In this document: in pieces, positions 13,141-26,704 of the stretch
Layout of the letters: each line of letters starts with the position of its first letter
Numbering within the stretch: position 1 is the stretch's first letter
From: Catajapyx aquilonaris
Lineage: Eukaryota
DNA: 53,902 nt
Direction: 5' to 3'
Assembly: GCA_000934665.2 (NCBI GenBank)
Contig: KZ538689.1
Location: 1-53,902, forward strand
Made by a program: the position numbers and the translations under genes
Notes under the pieces: generated by a model
What the model was told of the DNA's origin: nothing
The model's input: the letters and a program-made list of their open reading frames with translations, nothing else
Database searches by the model: none

Positions 13141-13312
13141 ACACCTCCCCTCTATGATTTATTTAATAATGGTGGGGCCCAACTTGGCCAAGGACCAATT
13201 ACTTCCATTAACTTGTTAGTTGGGACAATATCTTCCTTGATATTACAGTGGGTTCCATCAGTTTTCATTACATTACAATTGAATATAACTAGCTGGGTCA
13301 TTCCATGCCAAG

Positions 13313-13696
13313 ACCGACAAGTTGGTGGCTCGACCATCTCAGAATTTGATATAAAAAATCATGTGCGTACATACCCATGAGTTGTTGCTAAAAACAAAAT
13401 TACAGCCTCCCAGGTGAAAATCCCTCGGAGATATGGCAACGTCTTTCGGCAACAATTGAGCCGGACGGACAAACTCCTATTTATTTCAGGTGGAGTTATT
13501 GTTGTAACCCCATGATCATATATATCAAATGAACGGCAATGAGATGAGGAACATTGTGGTGGCAACGGGTTTAACCTAGAGTGTAAAACAAAAAGTCTAA
13601 AAAATGCGCAATTCTGTGCAAAAAGGTCACATTTCCAATGGCGACATGTCATTGTTAAACACATGCTGAGAGTGTGAAATTTAATTTATATGGTAA

Positions 13697-13752
<56 letters not shown>

Positions 13753-14993
13753 TGTTGGGTTAGTGCTCACCCAGAGGGTATTTGCACGGACCTTTATTTT
13801 AATCGAAGTATACATGGTGCCATATTCGAAGGGCCCGGGCCCACGGGCAGGATGACAGGAGGGGATGTGCAAGTGCAGTGCAATAACGGTGCTTGGTCGT
13901 TTTTGTGAACTCCCCCGGGTGGTTTAGTCTGTGGATATACCACCCGAGACGAAGCCAGAGACGACCCCAGAACTCTGCACGAGATGAAGGGGGTGTCCCC
14001 GGCTGGGATCGAACCCGGGACCTTAACATCCGTGGGCGCGCACGTTACCGCGGCGCCACTCCGTCTCCCTAATTTATATGGTAAGTACATGGTCATCTGG
14101 TCATTATTGATGTTGAAGTAATACAACACAAGTCAAGCAGTCTTGGAAATAATAAATAGTGAAATGTCCAATTTCTCGTGATTTGGTCATCTTCGAGGTC
14201 ATTTTTCTTGATGTGGGGCTGGGTCGATTTTTGAGTTACGCATGCTAAACGACGCGTCCTTCCATGCTTGACATAGCGGTATAAGAACGATTCACTTACC
14301 ATGATCGTGGGTTCCTCAAGGAAGGCATGTGAGGTGCATAGAAAATCCCTTATTTGGCGCTAGAGTTAAAAATTTGCTGAGGCTGAACCGATTATGTCTA
14401 GTGAATCGTTCTTATACCGCTATGTCAAGCATGGAAGGACGCGTCGTTTAGCATGCGAAACTCAAAAATCGACCCAGCCCCACATCAAGAAAAATGACCT
14501 CGAAGATGACCAAATCACGAGAAATTGGACATTTCACTATTTATTATTTCCAAGACTGCTTGACTTGTGTTGTTTTACTTCAACATCAATAATGACCAGA
14601 TGACCATGTACTTACCATATAAATTTCACACTCTCAGCATGTGTTTAACAATGACATGTCGCCATTGGAAATGTGCCCTTTTTGCACAGAATTGCGCATT
14701 TTTTAGACTTTTTGTTTCACACTCTAGGTTAAACCCGTTGCCACCACAATGTTCCTCATCTCATTGCCGTTCATTTGATATATATGATCATGGGGTTACA
14801 ACAATAACTCCACCTGAAATAAATAGAAAGAGTTTGTCCGTCCGGTTCAATTGTTGCCGAAAGACGTTGCCATATCTCCGAGGGATTTTCACCTGGGAGG
14901 CTGTAATTTTGTTTTTAGCAACAACTCATGGGTATGTACGCACATGATTTTTTATATCAAATTCTGAGATGGTCGAGCCACCAACTTGTCGGT
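13313..14993. mobile_element. Foldback DNA element with ~600-bp inverted arms and a 103-bp spacer; SINE inserted in left arm
   Basis: 13313-14296 (minus the SINE) is the near-exact reverse complement of 14400-14993; mirrored ORFs appear in the ORF track. Confidence 0.85.
13700..14070 (-). mobile_element. tRNA-derived SINE family B
   Basis: B box GGTTCGATCCC, (TTA)n tail, TSD AATTTATATGGTAAGTA (13683-13699, 14071-14087). Confidence 0.85.
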
Positions 14994-15999
14994 TGAGTCG
15001 GTCTGAGTTTTGACTGAGTGGTCTGATTGGTCCACTCTTTCGGATCATTCTTTTCGTATGCTCCCGTCAGCTAGTGTGAACCCCCCTTTACAACGCCTTT
15101 CCCTTCAGATTCACCAGTTAAAATCAGGCCTATAGGCAATCCAATCACAATCCCATATGACATGTGCATATGTGCTATGTGCATATGTGACAATAAATAA
15201 AATGAAGAAATTAAGAATTAATAGTGATTATTATTTCTGATAGACCTAATAAATTGCCATGTAACCTTACACTTTGCCATGCAACCTGATGGGCTTGCCA
15301 TTCAAACTACTGTTTTGAAAAATCTTACTCTTTGCAGCTGAAATTTAGAAGTTAATTAGTAACATATAATGTATTGCTTATTTGCTTTCTGTAATTATTT
15401 ACTTATGGTGAAGGATATTTGAAAAATGATATTGGCCCAAAACTTTGGCTAAAATGGTGAACCTAACCTCGTAAAAAAAATTGCTTGGAAAATTTGCCAT
15501 CCAACCTTACTTAACCTATGGCTTCCTCTTCGGATAATTAGGTTGTCACACAATATATGGCAGTGAAGTATTTTTTGTAACACAGCTGGAAGGTGGCTCC
15601 ACAGTATGAATAAACGGCAACTTTAGAAAGGCGCGATTTCCTAACTATTTTAATTTAACAAAAATCTTTGCCATACAACCTGACTTGCCATCCAACCTAA
15701 TTTTACCCTATGTTTGGCAACTAGGAGACGGCAGAAAAAAATTACGCATTCTTCGGTCATGCCTGATTTACTGGTTCAAAAAAGTTTTTTATTTTTGTGG
15801 ATAGTAACATTAATAAATGCAGTACTGTGCATTACACGCATATGGAAAGCAGAAATCATTGTGTATAGGTTGCAAAAGTGGTGATTTGGCTATAACAGAC
15901 CTTGGTTATAACAGACTTTTTTCCACGGTCCCTTGAAATCTGTTATATCTGGAGTCAACTGTATTTGGCTTTAAGACATGGGAATTTTGGAATACTCAC

Positions 16000-16832
16000 T
16001 TCATTCTGAAATAAGAAGACTCTTCTATGGTGGACCCAGTGGAAGATACGAGATCGAAATAACCGAACTGCAATCTCTCCCGAATCATGCTCCAGAGCCA
16101 TGACGGTTTCTGGAATCTCCTCGGGGGGTACAATCCTCGCCGGCCACCACATCTTTCCATCCACTGACACCCACACAACATCACCATATGCATAGAACTT
16201 CCCGCCATTACAATGGCTGCAGAAACATTCTCCTTCCACATCCTTAATGTTTAGGCACTCTTTATGAAAGGCAGCAGGGCAACCTTCACAGCATAACAAA
16301 TTGCCACCATCGAAGCACTTGAAGCACCAGTCCATATTAGCATCAGATCTGACAGGCTTCTGCTTTCCATCTTCAACCACCCAAATGTGTCTTGGGCACA
16401 AAATGTGCTCCTGACTAATAGTCAGGGAACCAGCAGCCAGGCAATGAATACCTGCATGGTATGCAGTGGGACACTGGATGCATTTGATGAGTGGCTTCTC
16501 CATGTCATACCTGGTTGGGCTCACCCCACGACCATCCTCATGGCATGTATGGCATACGTGGATTGGGCACGCTCCCATAGGTCGGCTCTGGGGCCACTGT
16601 GATGGTTGCAAACAATCCTCATGATAGTACAGGCCGCACTTTGGCACTGAGCAGCGAACAGGTTTGGCATCACCTTCAATTTTCTTACAAATGAAACACT
16701 GCTCTGAGTTAGTACAACACCCTTCACACCAAGAGTTTCCTTCCTTGCTGCCTCTGGTGTCCTCCACACAAGACCGGTGTAAATGTCTCCCACACTTGCC
16801 CTTGCACTGGTGGAATTCATCCCTGCCGCCAA
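16000..16832 (-). CDS. NSD: NSD-like exon: PHD1 (end), PHD2-4, PWWP
   Basis: Acceptor tttgcag|TT; CKGKCGRHLHRSC, CFICK..CSVPKCGLYYHEDC, CHTC..CIQCPTAYH, WCFKCFDGGNLLCCEGCPAAFH, YGDVVWV..WWPARIV; donor GAA|GTGAGT. Confidence 0.93.
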
Positions 16833-17023
16833 CTGCAAAGATGACATGTGAAGGTCAGGTTATCTGTTGTTTTCAGACATAAGCACTATATCACATGAAG
16901 CTACATGTAGCCCATGTAATGTGTGAGGGTTTTTATTAAGTTATGCATATATTTTTCATTCGAATGCCAGGGCAGTTTAGACATGCATGTGAAATGCTTT
17001 CCTGACTCTTTCACTTACAAGGG

Positions 17024-17755
17024 AAGTGTCTGTGGGGTATCGGCCAATCAGCCCAAAAATGACACTTCAGGTAAATTGCAGGCCAGAAATTCATTGGTGA
17101 AAATAAAAAGTGCCACTAGCCAAGCGTTTTCAAGATATGAGCGACGATAGGTGCACGGCAAACCTGCGCGCAGTCGGTAGAGCGTCCGCCTCATGTTCCA
17201 AAGTCTCCCCATTCAAGTCCGCGGGAAGCGACTTCCTCCCTCCCCCCCGGTCTTGGAGCATCGTTGTCTTTTTTTCCCCAGCACCGTTTATCACCACATA
17301 TCTTCCCCTTTGCAATCAACAGGAATAAAACAGCTTGTTGGGAAGTGCAGTACTTTTTTTCCTCTGCCGATGCTTACCTACTCTCTCCATGGCTTCATAT
17401 ACGGAAAAATGAATAGTCACAAGCTCAGTAAATAATCAATTATTCGTGTCCCTTCGTAATTATTTTTTGACCTGTACACGCGTTCATTTACAGTTCCGGT
17501 TTCATTGAGCCGTTATTGCGAGTTGACAAGGACACAAATGAGAGATGAAATATCAAAGTCAACCTGTTCGCAGTGTTGGAACATGAGGAGGACGCTCTAC
17601 CGACTGATCGCAGGTTTGCCGTGCACCTATCGTCACTCATATCTCGAAAACGCTTGGCTAGTGGAACTTTTTATTTTCACCAATGAATTTCTGACCTGCG
17701 ATTTACCCGAAGTGTCATTTTCGGGCCCATAGGCCATTACCCCTACAGACACTTC
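17024..17755. mobile_element. MITE with ~150-bp inverted ends
   Basis: About 17024-17170 is the reverse complement of about 17608-17755. Confidence 0.65.
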
Positions 17756-18002
17756 AATTGTTAGTCAAAACCACCCAAATATTAGTCAAATTTCTCCACG
17801 AGGCTTATCCAACAAGGCTCACAAAACTGGTGTACCAGGGATAAATGCCCTGTAAGAGGGCTATTTTTCTATCAAGTTCTGATGAGCTGTGAATGAAAAA
17901 CAAGAGTGATGAAAAATAAAAAATCATACTTACAAAAGTTACCAACATTCTTATGCTTTTTTCCCACATAGTCACCATCCCAACTGAATCACTTGTCATA
18001 AT

Positions 18003-18722
18003 TAGTCAGGATTTTTAGGCAAATGCCTATTTTGTTCCCTAACAGTTGGGATGGTTGTGTGAATAGAAGAGATCTATCCATTTCGTAAGTACAGGATGTG
18101 GAAAATATATGTTTTATAGGCCTAAAATGGCCTATTTCGTAGTTTTGGGAACAATGTTGCCTAATCTGCCTTGTTGCGACTTTTCATGCATATTTGGCCT
18201 TTTTTAGGATAGTTTTTGAACTTTTTGCAATAATTTCGGGACTTTTTGGGCCTATTCCAGGCTTCAGAGGCATGTTTGGTTTTTTGAGGAGTCTGAGTTG
18301 AGCTCCTGAAAGGACCAAAATCGTTCAGAAGTCATACAAATCATGTTTCCGTGACGAGTATGCAAAATATTTTTCTAAATTTTCCTGATTGGAAAAATAT
18401 TTGGCAACATATTGCTGTGCAAGTCTGGTGCAAGTGGAAACTGGCTATATAAAGCAGTAGAGTTCAGAGCGAGTGATACTTGCTTGCACCTTGTGTCATT
18501 TGGCCAAGTTTTGTGATTTCATGTCAGTTTATCATTGTTATTAGATTTTTGCTCTGGTTTACGACCTTATATTTATACTTTAGGTCTATAAAATTATTAT
18601 GGCTTTTTGATTTTCTGTAACATTATCCTCCGCATGCCCAAAGAAGTAACCTTTTTGTGCCTATTTTAGGTTTTTTCGTGCCTATTGGAGGGTTTTTTTC
18701 GTGCCTGATAATCCTGACTCTA
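18003..18722. mobile_element. hAT-like non-autonomous element
   Basis: Ends TAGTCAGGAT / ATCCTGACTCTA, 8-bp TSD GTCATAAT. Confidence 0.55.
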
Positions 18723-20841
18723 GTCATAATTCAGCACCATCTTTAGTATTCCTACCCCATAGAACGTTGCCACCTGGCTAGTGAGGGAACCTATCACACA
18801 CTTTTCAGCTCTTCGTCGTCACAGGAAAGCTGAGATCTCACAAGCGTTGTGCACAGTGGGTACAAGAACAATGTCATAAAGTGCTGACCGCAAGATTTGG
18901 GGGAAGATAATCAGACAAGTCAGAAATTGCGCTATAAGCCAACATTGTTTACTTTTTAACAACTTGGGAGTAACCCCCCCCCCCCTCCGACATTCCTCAT
19001 CATGGGGATCAATTTGTCCTCCTTGAAAATTCTGACACAGCAATGTTACTCATGCACTTTTCTCCATACACACGACTCCTATGAATTTTTGCTGCTGGAT
19101 GTATGTCCTTTTAGCTTAAATAAATGTAATTACAGAGCGAAACTCGCATTTGGCAGGAGCGTCGATTGTATCAGGGTTACAAAAGATGGGAGTCACGTTA
19201 TGACAAGTGACTCAATCGGGAATGTCACTAAGTGAGGAGGAAGCAGAAGGGTGACTCGCTTTTGTCAGTTTAAAAATATTTTTCATTACTCTTTTTTTTA
19301 AATTTTACAGCTCCTTGGTACATGCTTTTAAAATAGCCCTCATACAAAACCAGTCAGGATGAAGGTTACATGCAAGCCCTGCAGCAATCCCCTCAGACTT
19401 GGGAGGGATGGATGGAGGGCCTGCAAGACACCTTCATCCTTACTGGTTTTTTACATATGGCATTTCTCCTTGGGACAGCAGAAAGTAAGCAGAGTAATGG
19501 GACAGGTACTGGTATTAATCATACATATCACATATGTATGCATAAGGTAAGCAAATGCTGTCAGGTTTTATGCATAATAGTGACGATATCAGACACATCT
19601 ACCATAACTGCTGGTAACCTGTCTTTTCCTATGGCCAAAGAGGTTGGCTTATCCATGCAGCTTTATTATAATTGAATCACTCAATAGAACAAGTTCCCTT
19701 GTCCAGGTTGAAGCAGGATTGACATGGGCTCTCGTTCTATTGGGCAATTCAATTGCATGTTGCATCACACTGCATGCAGGTTTGCTACCAGAAGATGAAA
19801 ATTCCAAACCTGAGCCATCTAAAATAGGCTGATTGGCAGGATGGCAAGTGAAAGTTGCCTGCACCACTTTCATCTATAAGCATGGCGCATGGCCAGTGGT
19901 GGGCACACCTAACAGAAAGTCTAGCTTCACTAACCACTAATCCGCTAAATAAAAAAGTTAATTTTTCCAACTTGAAGCTCACTTTTCACAAAGTCTTCGT
20001 CGTTTACGATGATTGTTGGCCAATATGAATATTCTAGCGTAGTTCGTTAGCTTTCCTAATGACATCACTTTAGCAGTCCTCAGTTGACGCAATCCGAAGT
20101 CACACTGGCCCGAAGCCCATTGCTCACCATAGAATTGGGTCATTTTGCTGGACCCCCCATGTGCACGCCATAACCTTGAGCGCTCGGTCCTAAGGTCATG
20201 TCAGGTGCGGTGTATTTATCATTTGAATGTTGCTTAATTAGTTTTGAAATCAGAAGATGAAAAGATGAAGATGTCATCAGTCTGTCAGTTTTCATCTGAG
20301 AGGGTGGAATATGTATGAATTCCGTTAGTGGGCTAGTATATAGGGGAACTAAATATAGCAGAAGCTAATTGGTCCACTAACGATTTTCAAAGTTACCTAA
20401 AAGGCTAATCAGCTAACAAAAAAGCTACTTCCGCTATTAGTGGTTAGCTGATTAGCGGAACCCTGCCCACCCCTGGACATGGTTATCTTGCCTGCAATCC
20501 CGACCTGCTTCCCTATCTGTCATTGCCAGCTAGTTACAAGATTGGGAATCACATCATAGAAAATCAACTTTGACTTGAAATTTATGCTTATGGTAAGTTT
20601 GCTACCAAAACTGACCATATTTGAAAACAGAGTACTTTCTGATCCTCAGACGTCAGCATGCAAAATGAATGAACCCTTCCTTTAAACAGTTTAAAGAATA
20701 GCCATAAGAAATTGACTGGCATATTCCTCATCAGCAACCTCTGTGACCTAATCCCTCAAACAAATCCAGGTTTTCTGATCTACTACATGTATTTTACCTT
20801 TGATTAAAATTACCACCTCAGGGTGGATGAATGTTACTCAC

Positions 20842-21469
20842 CAACTTCTTTTTTACAAATCTGGCAGACCATGCAGTACCTCGTTGATTTGCCCCTGCTC
20901 TTCCCGGAAGATGTCTTATGCTGATGACTGCTTTCTTCTTCCGCCTGGCTTCCCCCTTCTTCGTTTTCCCCCTTCATATTTTCGTCTTTCTTCTTGTTTC
21001 TTTCACTCCCATGTTCTTCCATTGTCCTCAATCGCCCTCTATCCCTTGTTGGCCTAGCATTTTCATCTTCTTTCCTCCATTTGGGAGTCTTTCTCTTCCT
21101 CTTGGGCCTGCTGTTGTTAGGTTCTTCCACATTACTCAAGAATTCTCTGGCTGGAGATTGACAGCGTTTCCTCTTTGAGCTTTTGGAGGATGACACATCC
21201 ACAGAAGCGGCAGCTCGATGTAAATGTTTGGCTTCTCGCTTATCAATTCTGGCATCATCTGGAACCCTTCCTGTCACCTGTGGTGTTGGTTCGGAACCCC
21301 CTACACAGTCTGTGATGGTACTCACTCCAGTAGAACTCTTAGCAGGAGAAGTGTTGGAAATCTTCACCTCTATGCCAGGCTTCTTTAATGTATCACCCTT
21401 TACTCTTTTGGCTGGTTTTACCATTCCTTTCTTCTTAGTCTGCGGCAATTTGGCTGCGCCCTTCATCAT
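20842..21469 (-). CDS. NSD: NSD/Mes-4-like H3K36 methyltransferase, first coding exon (basic low-complexity N-terminus, start of PHD1)
   Basis: ORF MMKGAAK...RYCMVCQICKKEV with basic NLS-like runs. Acceptor ttttag precedes 21492; in-frame TGA just upstream of ATG 21469. Phase-1 donor G|GTGAGT at 20842/20841 joins in frame to the exon starting at 16832. Confidence 0.8.
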
Positions 21470-22889
21470 TTCTCACATCCAAAACGTGGCTCCTAAAATA
21501 AATTTGGAAAGGAAACAATATAGTTACAATCAGTACATAAAAATAAGCCATCATCATTCGCACTGTATCATGCCAGTATAAAATGAGGTTGACCTAGAGG
21601 TCTGCACACCTGAGGGGAGCCAGATGGCCTGAAGAAATTATGCTAATTTTCACGATTCCTCCTTCCCCTCAAAATCATCACAAATAAATAAACTTGATGT
21701 GCTCTAGCACAGGTTTTACCGACTCTCAGGCAATAATATTCTCCAATTCTTTTCCGATGCTTGTAAATGATTACTAACAGTGGTTTCTACCTTGCTTCAC
21801 CTCACATAATGCAAATCATGATACAGTTTACTCCTGATATAACTGCCTCGGGTACGGAATATTGGTTCTTGGAAGTTTTTTCTTGTCCTGATCAGCACAA
21901 TGCAAGTTACAATCATTTCAAAGTCATTCTTTGAGAAGATATGTGGCTAAACAATCTGCAAGGGGTTTGTACATAACTTATTCAACACATTGGCTAATTT
22001 CATATTCTTTGGGGGAGGGGGATTTCTAAAATGATGCAAAAAGCTTCTCTCTTAAATATGATTCTCTCATAACAATATATTAAAACAGTGAAACAAGGCA
22101 AAAATCCTTGGCAAAATGTAGAGTGCAGTATAAATTACCATTGCACCTGTAGTAGTACACAGTACTCCTGATTATCCGGGCTGATGAATGGACAGGTGTC
22201 GCCAAATAATTGGTAAACACAGATACAGTGTACAGGGTGAAGGGAAACTCGTGGACAGTCGCCAGGTAGACTGAGAGTACTCATAAAACTGATATAGGGA
22301 TGTGTAATTAGTTGTGGGCCCCATTGCGTAGTTAATGCGTACGGCGCCGTCCTACAACTGTCCCCTTTCCAGATAACATACTCTGTACGGCATCAAAAAT
22401 GGTTCAATTGACACAGATATTGCAAAAATAAAAGTTGAACTAAGGCTCGCAACCCCCCCGGGGGGTCGTGACCCACTGGTTGGAAACCCCTGCGCTAACC
22501 ACTATGCCACCGTGTCGCCCTTCTCTTATAACATAACTTTTGGATGGTCCCTTGAAGAGCATTATATCGTGGTTTTACGGTAACCCGAAAATGGTCCTAG
22601 ATATCGTAAAAATGACTTATTCACAGGTTTTTACTGTCCTACCGTACTGTGTATGCTGCTTTAACTCAGCTTTAATCAAAATAATAAAACAATATAAGTA
22701 CATTAAAACCTCAATATAACGCTCTTCAAGGTGCTCTTCAAGCCAAAGTAGCGTTTTAACCCCTTGAGCCCGAACTATACCGCCATCGCCTAGATTTTCG
22801 TTCCTGTTAAATTTACATGTACTCTGAAGATAACAAATCATATATTTTACCAATAATAACGGCTATACTTACACGTTCATGCTCTACGC

Positions 22890-24581
22890 CCAGGGTTGTG
22901 AACCGAACCGAACCCTGGACCCGTGAACCCGATAACATTGAACCCGCTCCGGAGCAGTCGAGTCGGGTTCGGAGCGAGCGTCGGAACGGGGTACGGGTTC
23001 AAGCCGGTTCAGGGGCCAAGGTCGGAGCGGGTTCAGAGCTGTTCAAAAGCTTGGTTAGGTAGGCCTACAACATACCAACCCAATAGGGGGAAAGGCAGTA
23101 AAACCGCTGGATTTACTCCAGAGTATGCATCATGTTTTCATGGTGGGAGAATGACATTTCCAAGCACCCGCGATACAGGGTGTACTGCAAATGTCACATT
23201 TTGATGTCATACGCACTTTTGTATGCCACAATATGTCAGAGGCCTACCCATTTTTTTGATGTCACATTCTCACGTCATACACATAACAATGTCACATTTT
23301 TATGTCATAGGCATTTTTGTACGTTACAATATGTCATACCCATTTTTGGACCGAAGCAGCGATAGCGGAGGGGATATGGTATCCGGCTGCTTATCGGGAG
23401 GTCCTGGGTTCGATCCCCGGTGCCGGCAACTCTAACCGTGGTTTTCTGTGGTTTCCCACGGTTACCCCCAGGAGAATTCCGGAGTTGTTTCCTAAATATT
23501 AGGCCACAGCCGCCTACTTCCTTTCCTATCTTTGTCCTGTCCTTGAGGAGGTGCGGGGTCGGTGGGGGGGGTTCTGACCCCGCCCCTAGGGGGATGTCTT
23601 AAGCTTGGCCCTCTGGGGGACTGCACACGACCCCCAACGTGATGACAATGCACCTACACCTGTGTCCCCCCCTCACTATCCCTATCCTGTCCCCTGCACC
23701 AGTGAGAGAAAAAGTTCGAAAATAGCGAAAAAGCTAAATGGTGGTATCCCACCCCCCTACAGAGCCAGTAGGTTTATCACGGGGTAAAATAAATAAAATT
23801 AAAAAACCCCATTTTTGGATGTAACATTTTTATGTCTTACGCATTTTTTGTATGTTACAATATCATATTATTGTAACATACAAAAAATGTGTATGACATA
23901 AAAATGTGACATCCAAAAATGGGTATGACATATTGTGGCATACAAAAATGTGTACGGCATATTGTAACATACAAAAAATGCCTATGACATGAAAATGTGA
24001 CATACAACAAATGCGCATGACATGAGAATGTGACATGCAACAAATGCGTATGACATGAGAATGTGACATGCAACAAATGGATAGGCCTCCAACATATTGT
24101 GGCATACAGAAGTGCGTATGACATTGTGGCATACAAAAGTGCGCATGCCATATTGTGGCATACGAAAGTGCGCATGACATATTGTGGCATACAAAAATGC
24201 GTATGACATATTGTAACGTACAAAAATGCGTATGACATCAAAATGTGACATTTGCGGTACACCCTGTATCGCGGGTGCTTGGAAATGTCATTCTCCCACC
24301 ATGAAAACATGATGCATACTCTGGAGTAAATCCAGCGGTTTTACTGCCTTTCCCCCTGTCGGGTTGGTATGTTGTACCTAACCAAGCTTTTAACCACTCC
24401 GAACCCGCTCCTGAACCCGCTGGCCTGAACCGAACCCCGAACCCGCTCCGACCTGGGCTCCTGAACCGGCTTGAACCTGTACCCCGTTTGCGACGCTTGC
24501 TCCGAACCCGACTCTACTGCTCCGGAGCGGGTTCAATGTTATCGGGTTCACGGGTTCAGGGTTCGGTTCGGTTCACAGTCT
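22890..24581. mobile_element. Foldback element with GAACC-rich ends and internal ~22-bp tandem subrepeats
   Basis: TGTGAACCGAACCGAACCC / GGGTTCGGTTCGGTTCACA ends; about 23045-23340 inverted relative to about 23870-24390; array of ATGACATATTGTGGCATACAAAA-like units. Confidence 0.75.
23350..23807 (+). mobile_element. SINE family A
   Basis: ACCGAAGCAG head, B box, TSD CCCATTTTTGGA. Confidence 0.8.
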
Positions 24582-25413
24582 ACGCCAGGGGTATTCAATT
24601 GGTGGACCTCGGTCCAGATCCGGACCGCGACGCAATTTTGTCCGGACCGCAACAATATACAGGACAATTTGAAATAGGATTAGCAAGTATTAATTCATGA
24701 TTTTTTTTTGGAAAAAGTGCTACAAATTTCATCAAATACACATCCATTCAAATCTCCCACATTCACCTAAGCTCGTGTGACTTTGAACACCCCCCCCCCC
24801 CAAATCGCCTGCGGAGGGCATCCTCTCCGCCCTTTACGGCTTGTTCACCTTGCGCTCATGAAATGGTCCCCCCTCCGAAACACTTTCTGCCTACGCACCT
24901 GTACAGGACATCATAACGGCCGAAAATGTATTAACATGTCCTGTCTTGTTAGGCCCTTCTTTCAAAAATGAAACCTGTGGTACCATGTAAAATCCATATC
25001 TTTACCTGGGGAAGGAGGGGGGGGGGAGGGGAGAGAGTGGACCTTCAATGGCCCAGGAAAGGTAAATACTGGACCTTGTCATAAACTAGTTGAATAGCCC
25101 TGATCTACTCTATGTACATGTTTGGAACCAGTTTCATAATCAAGCAGTCTATAAATTAATTTCCATAAGGATCGCCGCAGAGTATAGCTATACTGCCACC
25201 ACCTAGTTTTTGGCTTGCACGTACTCTAAAGATAATTACATCATATTTTTACAAATAATAACAGCTATACTTACATGTTCAGGGAAAACATAACGTATAT
25301 CTTGGAAACTATTTTCCTTGTCTAGAATTTTGCTTGCACTTACTCTGAAGATAAGCATAAGATATTTCACAAATAATAACAGATACCCTTACACGTTTAT
25401 GCTCTACACTATG

Positions 25414-25700
25414 ACCGAAGCAGTTTGGAGGAGGATATATGGTGTCCGACTGTTAATCAGGAGGTCCTGGGATCCTAGGGCCAGCAACTCTGACCGTGGT
25501 TTTCTGTGGTTTCTCACGGTCCTGCCAGGAAAATTTCGGAGCTGCTTCCGTAATAATAATAGGCCACAGCCGCTTCCTTCCGTCCCTATCCTATCCCAAA
25601 GAGCACAGTAAAATGAAAAGCAAAGAGTTCCAGGCAAAACAAACTTCCCCCCTAAAAAGCCGATGGCTGATAACGGGGTATGAATTATTTATTATTATTA
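25414..25700 (+). mobile_element. SINE family A
   Basis: Same head; TSD TTATGCTCTACACTATGA (25397-25414, 25701-25718). Confidence 0.8.
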
Positions 25701-26234
25701 TTATGCTCTACACTATGAATGCGTTGAAAACTATTTTCACTCGTCTAGAAGTCCCTAAATTAATTTTACTGGCCAACCGTTAGGCTACCGATTAGATTTG
25801 TCCTTACACGTACTCTGAAGATAAGGACAATATATTTTACAAAATAATAACAGCTATACTTACATGTTCCTTGAAAATGCTATGAATATGTTTGAAACAA
25901 TTTTCCTCCTCTAGAAGTTCCTAAATTAATTTCCAAACTGATCACTGTAAAAAAAACTCAAAATGCCAAGAACTGCCGGCCAACTGTTAGGCTGATTTCA
26001 TTATGAAATACATTAAAATATACGGAATATTAACCTTGAGAACCTTGCCAGATGAGGTTGCTGAAATCGTCGTACTTCGCAAGAAATAAATGAATCTGGA
26101 AGATTTCCGAAGTAACAGGAAAGCCGCAGATAAGAACTCATTTATTTCTCGCAAAGTACGACGATTTCAGCAAATTAGTGGGGCACTATTCTCAACATTG
26201 TTATTCCGTGTATTTTAACGTATTTCATTATTAA

Positions 26235-26704
26235 CCCTTAACTACGTAGGTGGAGCCTGAGAGGCTCCAAGCACTATTTAAACGCATGTAACTTTTTCAT
26301 TGAATTTTATTTTCCACTCTCCTTCCGTGACTTTGTCAGAAAAACCTTCCTACGCATGAAAAGGAAAGAAAAAAATTTTTAGTCCCTATTCTTTGGTTTA
26401 AAAAAATTCGTAACGAGGAACAGGTCCCTCTAACCACTCAGGCTATCCCTATGCAGGTGAAGCCAGAGCGGCTCAAAGTTGTTGATGTAACCTTTTAATT
26501 AAAATTTTTTCCCTGTCAGAATACGCTGACTCAGCGTGTGATTTTTACGTTTTCGGAAGCCTAATGATCTGAACTGCACTTTCTGTATGTGAAAAGTCCA
26601 ATATAACAATTTAGTTGATAAGCAGAAATTTAAATATACCGTTGGAGCCTCTCAGGCTCCACCTACATAGTTAAAGGTGTTTCGCCCACCTACGTAGTTA
26701 AGGG
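26235..26704. mobile_element. piggyBac-like MITE family P1, copy 1
   Basis: TTAA-CCCTTAACTACGTAGGTGG ... CCACCTACGTAGTTAAGGG-TTAA. Confidence 0.85.

Noticed and set aside
14394..14947. Identical ORF pairs on opposite strands (also 9802-10166 and 52370-52629)
   Set aside because: A consequence of inverted-repeat arms; no recognisable protein.
23855..24310. Cys/His-rich ORFs of 89-151 aa
   Set aside because: Artefacts of a ~22-bp tandem repeat in a foldback element, mirrored on the opposite strand.
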